Assembly: GCA_031441465.1 (NCBI GenBank)
Contig: JANOEP010000008.1
Span: 1-64,000 of the forward strand
Direction: 5' to 3'
Source of the DNA: a bacterium
GTDB taxonomy: Bacteria > Krumholzibacteriota > Krumholzibacteriia > LZORAL124-64-63
DNA: 64,000 nucleotides
The notes beneath the pieces were generated by a model that saw only the letters and a program-made list of their open reading frames with translations, was not told the origin of the DNA and did not search any database. Shown here piece by piece: positions 12,213 to 20,443 of this stretch (the first letter of the stretch is position 1; each line of letters opens with the position of its first letter). A program made the translations under genes and the position numbers.

Positions 12213-12661
12213 CGTGATTCCTCCCGGGCGGAGCCGGTCCAGGCCATGGTGAGCAAGCCGTCGAGGTCCGCGGCGGCGTCCGCGGACAGCAGCGTGCCCG
12301 CGATGATGTCGTCGGTCAGGATCCTGGCCACGCCGTTGGGCTCCCCGGCGAGCCGATCTCCCAGCACGATGCCGCAGACCAGCGCCGCCGCGGCGGCCGC
12401 GGGGAAGGACCAGCGGCGCCAGACCGGCGCACCGGCCCGTTGGCCCGCCGGGTGCAGGGCGGTCGCGATCCCCTCCCAGGCCGGGCGGACCGGCGCCGGC
12501 GCCGGCAACTCTCCCAGAAGATTCCAGACGGTCTCGCTCTGCGCGAGAAGTCGGCGGCACCCCTCGCAGGCGGCGCAGTGCGCCTCGATCTCCAGGCGGG
12601 CGGTCGAGTCCAGGCTTCCGCTCAACCAAGCGGTCAATCGTGTGTCGATGTGGTTCATCAC
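12209..12661 (-). CDS. ZAS (zf-HC2) anti-sigma factor
   Basis: HCAACEGC = HxxxCxxC, followed by one TM helix; overlaps the ECF sigma stop. Confidence 0.85.
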   Translation of the reverse strand: MMNHIDTRLTAWLSGSLDSTARLEIEAHCAACEGCRRLLAQSETVWNLLGELPAPAPVRPAWEGIATALHPAGQRAGAPVWRRWSFPAAAAAALVCGIVLGDRLAGEPNGVARILTDDIIAGTLLSADAAADLDGLLTMAWTGSAREESR

Positions 12662-13206
12662 CCTGCTCCTGGTTCGGGTGCGAGTTCCCGTCGCAGCGTG
12701 TCCAGAGCCCTGACCAACAGGGACTCGACCGCGCCCTCGCTCGTGCCCATCGCCGCGGCGATGTCGCGCTGGCTCAGGTCGTGGTACCGCCGCAGCACCA
12801 GCGCTTCACGCTGCCGCGACGGGAGACCCGCCAGCGCACTCTGGAGGCGCAGCCGCAGCTGCTCCCCCGCGACGACCGCGTCGGGAGCGGGCCCGCGACC
12901 GGCGCGGTCGTGGACGTCGAGATCGAAACGGACCCAGCCGACGATCTTGCGGCGCCGGGCCCAGCTGCGCGCCAGGTTGCCGGCGATCCGGAACAACCAG
13001 CTCTGGAAGCGGCCCTCGGCCCGATAGCCGCCGGCGTGGGCGTGGACCTTCAGGAAGGTGTCCTGCGTCAGGTCCTCGGCCTCCTCGCGCGACCCGGTCA
13101 TGCGCCAATGGAACGCCTGGACCTGGTGCTCCCAGCGTTCGACGAGGAGGCGGAAGGCCGCCTCCTCGCCCGCGGCGATGCGCGTCATGAGCTGGTCGTC
13201 GTTCAC
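12658..13206 (-). CDS. ECF RNA polymerase sigma factor
   Basis: AEDLTQDTFLK, FQSWLFRIAGN (region 2); LPSRQREALVLR...IAAAMGTSEGAVESLLVRA (region 4). Confidence 0.93.
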   Translation of the reverse strand: MNDDQLMTRIAAGEEAAFRLLVERWEHQVQAFHWRMTGSREEAEDLTQDTFLKVHAHAGGYRAEGRFQSWLFRIAGNLARSWARRRKIVGWVRFDLDVHDRAGRGPAPDAVVAGEQLRLRLQSALAGLPSRQREALVLRRYHDLSQRDIAAAMGTSEGAVESLLVRALDTLRRELAPEPGAG

Positions 13207-13234
13207 GAGTCGCCACTCTCCGCTTCATGCCTGG

Positions 13235-13780
13235 TCAGCGATTCCCCCCGCGCGGCCCATGGGGGCCGTCGCCGCCGCACTCGCCGGACCCGCCGCAGCC
13301 GTTGCCGCGCATCCCGCACCCGCCGTCGGGGCCGGGACGGCCGTCGTGATGCCCGCGGCCGCCGCGCCCGCGGGGGCCGTCCCCCGGCAGCGGCATCCGG
13401 TCGCGCTGTTCGGGCGTCAACTGTCCGCGCACCGCCAGGCGGGTCTGCAGCCGCCGCACCTGCTGCTCGGTGCGCAGTTCGCCCATCCGCTCGACGAGCC
13501 GCTCGGCGGCCGCCGCGTCGGGCTCGTCCTGCATCATGATCCCCTGCAGCTCGTGGCGCAGGCGCAGGATCTCCTTGCGGGTCTCACGCCCGCTTGCACG
13601 CGCCTCGTCATGGATCTTCGCGATGGCGGCGGTCTGGGCTGCGGTCAGGTCCAACCGCGCGAGCATCCGGCCGGGGCCGGCTTCGTCGCCGCGGCCGCAA
13701 GGCGACCTGCCGGGTCCGGCCCAGGCGGTGGCGGCCATGATCAGGATCATGGCGGCGATGAACGGGATGCGGGTCTTCAT
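13235..13780 (-). CDS. Spy/CpxP family periplasmic protein
   Basis: Signal peptide; LDLTAAQ and LTPEQR LTxxQ motifs. Confidence 0.8.
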   Translation of the reverse strand: MKTRIPFIAAMILIMAATAWAGPGRSPCGRGDEAGPGRMLARLDLTAAQTAAIAKIHDEARASGRETRKEILRLRHELQGIMMQDEPDAAAAERLVERMGELRTEQQVRRLQTRLAVRGQLTPEQRDRMPLPGDGPRGRGGRGHHDGRPGPDGGCGMRGNGCGGSGECGGDGPHGPRGGNR

Positions 13781-13884
13781 GTCGGGATCCTCCAGCGTGG
13801 GTGGTCGTGCGATCGGTTCGTTTCCCGTTGCCTGCAGGTTCGCCCTCCTGAACGCCCGGACACCATCGATCCTGCGCGACCGGG

Positions 13885-15882
13885 TCAGGGTCGCGCGAGC
13901 AGCGAATCGACGCGAGCCAGCTGCTCCCGCAATCCGGCATGGTCGGGCCGCCGGCGCCGGCCTTCAGCGAAGGCCGCGCGCGCCTCCGGGAAGCGGCGGT
14001 CGCGGGCCAGGATCACGCCCAGATCGAGCCAGCCGCGCGGGTCGTCGGGCGCGGCCATCGTCAGCGTCGTGGCGAATTCCCGGGCCTCGTCGGAGCGGCC
14101 GGTCTCCGCCATGGCGACGGCGGCCTGGTGCAGCAGGTCGGGATCCTGCGGCGCCTCGCGCAGCAGGGGCAGCAGGACGGGCAGCGCTGCGGCGGCCTCG
14201 CCCCGGCTCAGGGCCAGCGCGACGAAGTCCCGGCGGACGCCTTCAGCCGGCGCGGCGCGCGCAGACCCCTCACGCAGGCAAGCCAAGGCCTCCTGCTCGC
14301 GGCCGGCCTGCAACAACAAGCCGGCCAGGCCGCGCCAAGCCTCGGGATGCAAGGGGTCGCGCGCGAGCGCGGCGCGGAACAACTCTTCGGCGCGGCGCGC
14401 TGCCGATCCGGCCCGGTCTGCACCTCCGTCGGCAGCCCGGCGCGATTCGGCGAGGTGCGACCAGCGGACGGCTTCGTTGAGATCGCCGGCGGCCTCCAGC
14501 CGTGCGAGTTGGCTGCCCAGTCCCCAGGGCTGCACCGCCGACACCGCCGCGAGGCCCACCGCGACGGCTGTGATCAGAGCCCGACTTCGCGCCCGGCACA
14601 AGGCCGCGACGGCGGCGCCGGTCAGCAGCGCCAGCCCGGGCACGAGCACCAGCCGGTATCGCGACACCACGAAGAACAGGCTCTGTGCGATGACGATCAG
14701 CAGCAGACCCAGCGCCCACGGTCGCAACCTGGGATCGCGCCGCAGCGCGAGCGCGGCACCGGCCAAGCCCCCCGCCGCGAGCAGCCCGTAGGGCACGCAG
14801 AACAGACGCAGGATCGGCGCTTCCCGCGTCCAGGCGGCGTGAGGCGAGATCTGCGGGATCTCGGCCGTCACGAGGTGCAGCCGGACCTTGCGCAGCCACA
14901 GGCCGATCGTGTGCAGGGGCCGTTCCTTCATGACGCGCCACGCCTCGCCGGCCCAGGCGCGATCGGCGGCCCCCTCGTCGGCCAGCGGTCGCCCCAGCCG
15001 GTCCGACAGGAATCGTCGCCCCGAAGGATCCTCCCCGACGTCCAGACCCCGGAAGGTCTGGAACATCCCGTTGGCCGCGCCGCCGTTGCCGATGTAGAGG
15101 TTGATGCCGGCGTTGAGGCTCGGCCCGGCGGGCCGGCCCAACCGCACGGAGTTGAACAGCGCGAAGGGCGACATCACCAGCAGCGCCGCGCCGATGACCG
15201 TTGCTTGCCGGCGGCGGCGGTCGGCGGTGCCGATCGTCAGCAACGCCGGCACGAGCAGCAGCAGGGCGGTGCCGCGCAGCAGGGCGGCGAGGCCGAGGCA
15301 CACGCCCACACCGGCGGCTCGCCGCCGGAGCCGCCGATCACCCGCGGCCGTCTCACCCTGGCCGATGGTGCCCGGCGCGACCGCGAGCGTCAGGCCGAGC
15401 GTGGCCAGGAACGTCAGCGGCACTTCCATCAAGGCGGATCCGGCCAGCACCGCCCCCGGCCGGTAAAGCAGCCACAGCAGCGCCGGCAACCAGCACATCG
15501 CCGGCGGTAACAAACGCCGGCCCTCGCGCAGCAGCAGCCAAGCCGTCCCCAACCACATCGCGAACTGGGCCACGCGCAGACCCCAGGGAGGCGGGCCCGT
15601 CCGGACTCCCTGGGCGTCCAGCCGGCGCCCGCCGCCGGTCGCCGCCACGAGGTAGGGATAGAGGGGGGACATGACCGCCGGCCGCTCGGGCGTCAGGCGA
15701 CCACCGGCGATGGCGGCGCCCTCGCGCAGGTAGTGCGCCTCGTCGAGCACCGGGACAAGGGACAAGGGGGAACGGTCGAGGTCGCGCCACGCCGCGAACC
15801 ACACCGCAGACACGGCCAAGACCACGGCCACGGCCAAGACCGTGGGTCGGCCCGCTCGGATCCCGGGGGCGGAGCGGATCAT
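13885..15882 (-). CDS. GT-C/ArnT-like multi-TM membrane protein with C-terminal TPR repeats
   Basis: LDEAHY, PLYPYLVA, GINLYIGN, FFVVSRYRL motifs; multiple TM segments; TPR tail. Confidence 0.65.
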   Translation of the reverse strand: MIRSAPGIRAGRPTVLAVAVVLAVSAVWFAAWRDLDRSPLSLVPVLDEAHYLREGAAIAGGRLTPERPAVMSPLYPYLVAATGGGRRLDAQGVRTGPPPWGLRVAQFAMWLGTAWLLLREGRRLLPPAMCWLPALLWLLYRPGAVLAGSALMEVPLTFLATLGLTLAVAPGTIGQGETAAGDRRLRRRAAGVGVCLGLAALLRGTALLLLVPALLTIGTADRRRRQATVIGAALLVMSPFALFNSVRLGRPAGPSLNAGINLYIGNGGAANGMFQTFRGLDVGEDPSGRRFLSDRLGRPLADEGAADRAWAGEAWRVMKERPLHTIGLWLRKVRLHLVTAEIPQISPHAAWTREAPILRLFCVPYGLLAAGGLAGAALALRRDPRLRPWALGLLLIVIAQSLFFVVSRYRLVLVPGLALLTGAAVAALCRARSRALITAVAVGLAAVSAVQPWGLGSQLARLEAAGDLNEAVRWSHLAESRRAADGGADRAGSAARRAEELFRAALARDPLHPEAWRGLAGLLLQAGREQEALACLREGSARAAPAEGVRRDFVALALSRGEAAAALPVLLPLLREAPQDPDLLHQAAVAMAETGRSDEAREFATTLTMAAPDDPRGWLDLGVILARDRRFPEARAAFAEGRRRRPDHAGLREQLARVDSLLARP

Positions 15883-15895
15883 CGGCCTCCCCGTG

Positions 15896-16945
15896 TCACA
15901 CGCTGAAGCGGATGTTCAGCACGTCGCCGTCGCGGACCTCGTAGGATTTCCCCTCCAGCCGCAGCTTGTTCAGCTTCTTGGCTTCGGCCAGGCCGCCGGC
16001 GGCGATGAGGTCCTCGTAGGCGACGGTCTCGGCGCGGATGAACCCGCGTTCGAGGTCGGAGTGGATCACCCCGGCCGCTTCCGGCGCCAGCGCGCCGCAA
16101 CGCAGCGTCCAGGCCCGGCACTCGTCCTCGCCGACGGTGAAGAAGCTGTGCAGGCCCAGGGCGCGGTAGGCCGAGCGCACCATGCGGTGGGCGGCGGGCT
16201 CGGCGACGCCCAGGTCGGCGAGGAATTCGCTGCGTTCCTGGGGCGACAGTTCGGCCAGTTCGGCCTCGACCTTGGCGCAAAGGTCGACGACCTCCGCCCC
16301 GGCGGTCGCGGCGGCCGCGCGCACGTCGTCCGGCACGCCGCCCTCGTCGCCGTTCAGCACCAGGATCAGCGGTTTGAGCGTGAGCAGGGAGAAGCCGCTG
16401 GTGAGCTTGCGCTCGTCGGGGTTCAACTCGAGATCGCGCAGGGGTTTGCCTTCGCTCAGCACCGCCTGGAAGCGCTCCATCAGCGGCGGCTCCAGCGGCT
16501 GATCGTTCTTGCCCTTGCGCTGCTTCTCCTTGGCCAGTTTGTCGATCCGGTTTTCGACGACCTGCAGGTCGGCCAGGGCCAACTCCAGAGCCAGCGACTC
16601 GATCTCCCCCTGGGGATCCGGCGGCTCGATGTCGTTGCCGAAGCAGCGCACGACCTGCGCCAGGGCGTCGACCCGTCGCGCGTGCTCCAGGAACCGCGTG
16701 CCCTCGCCCGGCCCGGCGGCGCCCGAGGGCTCGAAGCCCGGCACGTCGACCCACTCCACCGTGGCGTGGACCTCGCGCTTCGGCTTGAACATGGCTGTCA
16801 ATGTCTCGAGGCGCGGATCGGGGATCCTGCCGACGGCGAGGTGAGGCTCCACGCCCCCCATGCCGGTGGGCAGGGCAGCGCCGGTGACGGCGTTGAACAG
16901 GGTGGTCTTGCCGGTGAATTTGAAACCCAGTATACCGATCTGCAC
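15896..16945 (-). CDS. ychF: Ribosome-binding ATPase YchF
   Basis: [49 protein letters not shown]. Confidence 0.93.
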   Translation of the reverse strand: MQIGILGFKFTGKTTLFNAVTGAALPTGMGGVEPHLAVGRIPDPRLETLTAMFKPKREVHATVEWVDVPGFEPSGAAGPGEGTRFLEHARRVDALAQVVRCFGNDIEPPDPQGEIESLALELALADLQVVENRIDKLAKEKQRKGKNDQPLEPPLMERFQAVLSEGKPLRDLELNPDERKLTSGFSLLTLKPLILVLNGDEGGVPDDVRAAAATAGAEVVDLCAKVEAELAELSPQERSEFLADLGVAEPAAHRMVRSAYRALGLHSFFTVGEDECRAWTLRCGALAPEAAGVIHSDLERGFIRAETVAYEDLIAAGGLAEAKKLNKLRLEGKSYEVRDGDVLNIRFSV

Positions 16946-17067
16946 GCGGATCTCCTCAGGGTCGGGAAGGGCGGGGCGGCCCGATGATAACCCTCGCGCC
17001 GTGGATCTGCAATCCGGGCCTGCCGGAGCCGGCTCGAGCGGCGGGCTGAAAAACCCCGTGCATTTTC

Positions 17068-17115
17068 TTGAGATTCCGGAGATCGCGACCTACCGTAGAT
17101 GTGAATCGGTTAACA
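17068..17115 (+). promoter_or_regulatory. sigma70-like promoter with adjacent Rex/CRP-like palindrome upstream of malic enzyme
   Basis: TTGAGA-17-TACCGT, then TGTGAATCGGTTAACA at 17100-17115. Confidence 0.4.
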
Positions 17116-17145
17116 GCACTTCCACCCCCAGCAAGGACAGAGGCC

Positions 17146-18801
17146 ATGTTCCGCAAGAAGCACTCCCACGCCTCCGGTTTCCCCACGCGCATGGAACTGC
17201 TGCACGACCCCGCGCTGAACAAAGGCTCGGCGTTCACCGACAAGGAGCGCGACGCGCTCGGCCTGCGCGGCCTGCTGCCGCCGCGGGTCCACACCATCGG
17301 CGACCAGGTCGACCGGGTCATGGAGAACTTCCGCAAGCAGCCGACGGATCTGGCGAAGTACATCTTCCTGATCGGCCTGCAGTCGCGCAACGAAGCCTTG
17401 TTCTTCCAGGTGATCCTGAACAACCTCGACGAGATGATGCCGATCGTCTACACGCCGACCGTCGGCCAGGCCTGCGTCGAGTACGGGCACATCTTCCGCA
17501 AGCCCCGCGGCCTGTTCATCACGGCCGAGGACCGCGGCCACATCGAGGACATCATGTGGAACTGGCCCGAGGAGGACGTGCGCATCATCGTCGTCACCGA
17601 CGGCGAGCGCATCCTCGGCCTGGGCGACCAGGGCGCCAACGGCATGGGCATCCCGGTCGGCAAGCTGACGCTCTACACGGCCTGTGCGGGCGTGCACCCC
17701 GTGTACACGCTGCCCATCACGCTGGACGTGGGCACCGACCGCGAGACGCTGCTCAACGACCCCCTCTACATCGGCATGCCCCACAAGCGCCTGCGCGGCC
17801 CCGCCTACGACGAGTTCATCGAGGAATTCGTGGTCGCCGTGCAGAAGGTGTACCCCAAGGCGATCCTCCAGTTCGAGGACTTCGCCAACTGCAACGCCTT
17901 CCGGCTGCTCGCGAAGTACCGCGACCGCATCTGCAGCTTCAACGATGACATCCAGGGCACGGCTTCGGTCGCCCTGGCCGGCGTGTTCTCGTCGCTGCGG
18001 GTCACCGGCCTGTCGCTGTCCGAGCAGAAGATCCTGTTCTACGGCGCCGGCGAGGCGGGCATCGGCATCGGCGAGCTGATCGTCTCGGCGATGGTCGCCG
18101 ACGGCATGGACCGCCAGGCGGCGATGGAGCGGATCTGGTACGTGGATTCCACCGGCCTGGTGTGCAAGTCGCGCACCGACCTGGCGGTGCACAAGAAGCC
18201 CTTCGCCCACGACCACCCGTTCATCGGCAGCCTCCTGGAGGCCGTGGAGAAATTGCAACCCACCTGCCTGATCGGCGTCTCGGGCACGCCGCAGACGTTC
18301 ACCAAGCCGGTGGTCGAGGCGATGGCCCGCCTCAACAAGCGGCCGGTGATCTTCGCGCTGTCCAACCCGACCTCGAAGGCCGAGTGCACGGCCGAGCAGT
18401 GCTACAGCTGGAGCGAGGGCCGCGCCCTGTTCGCCAGCGGCAGCCCCTTCGACCCGGTGGAACTGAACGGCAAGCGGCACGTGTCGGGCCAGGGCAACAA
18501 CGCCTACATCTTCCCGGGCGTGGGCCTGGGCGCGATCGTCTGCGAGGCGACGCGGATCACCGACGAGATGTTCTCCCGGGCCGCGCACGCGCTGGCCGGG
18601 CAGGTGACCGAGGGCGACCTGGCCACCGGCTGCCTGTACCCGCCGCTGCAGCAGATCCGCAACGTGTCGGCGCACATCGCGGCCGCGGTCGCCGAAGTGG
18701 CCTACGACGAGGGCCTCGCCCAGAAGGCCCGTCCGGACGACCTGCTGCAGGCGATGAAGGACGCCATGTACAATCCGAATTACGTCAGCTACCTCGAGTG
18801 A
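17146..18801 (+). CDS. maeA: NAD(P)-dependent malic enzyme (MaeA/SfcA type)
   Basis: NKGSAFT, PIVYTPTVG, VTDGERILGLGD, QFEDF, FNDDIQGT, GAGEAG, LSNPT, GQGNNAYIFPG. Confidence 0.93.
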   Translation: MFRKKHSHASGFPTRMELLHDPALNKGSAFTDKERDALGLRGLLPPRVHTIGDQVDRVMENFRKQPTDLAKYIFLIGLQSRNEALFFQVILNNLDEMMPIVYTPTVGQACVEYGHIFRKPRGLFITAEDRGHIEDIMWNWPEEDVRIIVVTDGERILGLGDQGANGMGIPVGKLTLYTACAGVHPVYTLPITLDVGTDRETLLNDPLYIGMPHKRLRGPAYDEFIEEFVVAVQKVYPKAILQFEDFANCNAFRLLAKYRDRICSFNDDIQGTASVALAGVFSSLRVTGLSLSEQKILFYGAGEAGIGIGELIVSAMVADGMDRQAAMERIWYVDSTGLVCKSRTDLAVHKKPFAHDHPFIGSLLEAVEKLQPTCLIGVSGTPQTFTKPVVEAMARLNKRPVIFALSNPTSKAECTAEQCYSWSEGRALFASGSPFDPVELNGKRHVSGQGNNAYIFPGVGLGAIVCEATRITDEMFSRAAHALAGQVTEGDLATGCLYPPLQQIRNVSAHIAAAVAEVAYDEGLAQKARPDDLLQAMKDAMYNPNYVSYLE

Positions 18802-19672
18802 CCCGCAGGCGGGCGACCACGCCCGCCGCGGGCCGACCGTCGGGGTCGCTATCCTCCACATGCGCCAGGATGTCGAACCGGGAGGCGGGGAAGAGCTCGA
18901 GGAGCTCCCCCGCCTCCACGCAATAACGCCGTTTCGGCAGGCGGGCGACGTCGGGCACGAAGCGGAAGGTGCGCACGACCGCCACGCCGCCGGGAGCCAG
19001 CAAGCGGGGCAATGCCGCCAGCAGCGGCCGGTGCAGGAAGCGCAGCGCCAGCGCCAGCGCCCACGGACCGGCGGGCGCCGCGCTCTGGGCGGTCAGGTCG
19101 CGGCACAGCGTGCGCACCGCGACGCCCTGACCGCTCGCGAGCCGTTCGCAGAGGGCGAGCGCATCCGGCAGATGATCCACGGCCGTGACGTCGTGGCCCC
19201 GCCCCGCGAGCCAGACCGCCTCGCGGCCGCCCCCGCAGCCGAAATCGACGACGGGACCCGCACCCGGCGGCGGCAGCAGGTCGGCGTGCGAGGCCAGGAA
19301 GGCGTTCGGACGCCACAGCCCGCGCATCTCGACGCTCGTCACCCAATCGCCCCGCGGCGCGTCCCCCCCCTGCAGCACGGCCCCGTCGACGTGCTCGCGA
19401 CCCCGCTCCCGCAGCCAGAGCACCGCCGCGGCGACCGGACCCGGTTCGTCGCCGACCAGCAACAGCGGCAGGTGGCGCGGCGGCAGCAGCGCGGCGGGCA
19501 GCGCGGCGGCGAACGCCGCTTCACCGGGCGGCCCGTCTGCCGCCTCGATCGGCAACGACACCGCGCCGCGCGGGTGGCCGGCGCGATGAGCCGCCGCCGG
19601 GCGCAGGTCGGCCACGTCCCCGGACTGCCAGGCGGGGTGAGCGCCAACGTCGTGCCAGGACAGCAGTTTCAT
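18785..19672 (-). CDS. Rhodanese-like domain fused to class I SAM methyltransferase (TehB-like)
   Basis: N-terminal DLRP...AGHPRGAVSLP; C-terminal VDFGCGGGREAVWLA, RFLHRPL, LAPGG. Confidence 0.65.
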   Translation of the reverse strand: MKLLSWHDVGAHPAWQSGDVADLRPAAAHRAGHPRGAVSLPIEAADGPPGEAAFAAALPAALLPPRHLPLLLVGDEPGPVAAAVLWLRERGREHVDGAVLQGGDAPRGDWVTSVEMRGLWRPNAFLASHADLLPPPGAGPVVDFGCGGGREAVWLAGRGHDVTAVDHLPDALALCERLASGQGVAVRTLCRDLTAQSAAPAGPWALALALRFLHRPLLAALPRLLAPGGVAVVRTFRFVPDVARLPKRRYCVEAGELLELFPASRFDILAHVEDSDPDGRPAAGVVARLRVTRGS

Positions 19673-19772
19673 GCGGCGCCCTCTTCCCCGCCGGCCGCGG
19701 GTCTGCTATGATCCGCGCCGACGCTGGCCGTGGTCCCGAACCGCGGCCGTGATCATCGACGGCGGGTGGACC

Positions 19773-20318
19773 ATGTTGCGTTACACCTTGTTGCGGACCG
19801 TCCTGGACCCCTTGCTGGCAGTCGCCGGCGACGCCGGGCTCGTGCGCCTGGAATTCCTGCCGCGCGCCTACCAATACCACATCCACGCCCACGCCGTCGC
19901 GCGGTCGCTCGGAGCAGAACCGGGACTGCACGAAGACGACGCGTCGTTCGACGTCCTGCGTTCCCAGCTCGCCGAGTACTTCACCGGCCGCCGCGAGGCC
20001 TTCGACCTCGCGCTGGACCCGCACGGCACGCCGTTCCAGCTCGCGGTGTGGCACCGGCTGCTGGCGATCCCCTACGGCAAACTGCGCGCCTACAAGCAAG
20101 TGGCCGCCGAGATCCGCCGGCCCGACGCGGTGCGGGCCGTCGGCCAGGCGGTCGGCCAGAATCCCCTGCCTATCCTGATTCCCTGCCACCGCGTCGTCGG
20201 CGCGGACGGAGCGCTCGTCGGTTTCACCGGCGGTCTGTCGGTCAAGGCCCAGCTGTTGCGCCTCGAGGGCCATACCCTGGGCGATGCTCCCCGCTTGGAA
20301 GCGCCTCAACTCTTCTGA
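19773..20318 (+). CDS. ogt: Methylated-DNA--protein-cysteine methyltransferase
   Basis: GTPFQLAVW, IPYG, RAVGQAVGQNP, IPCHRV active site. Confidence 0.92.
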   Translation: MLRYTLLRTVLDPLLAVAGDAGLVRLEFLPRAYQYHIHAHAVARSLGAEPGLHEDDASFDVLRSQLAEYFTGRREAFDLALDPHGTPFQLAVWHRLLAIPYGKLRAYKQVAAEIRRPDAVRAVGQAVGQNPLPILIPCHRVVGADGALVGFTGGLSVKAQLLRLEGHTLGDAPRLEAPQLF

Positions 20319-20443
20319 TTCCAGGCCGAAGACACGCTCGTCTCCGGGCTGGCGCGCAACGCCGTCCCCGGGTTATCTTCCCCGGCCGAACTCACTCCGC
20401 ACGGGAGTGACTGGCCAGGACCGTCGAGCGACGAGGAGTCTCC

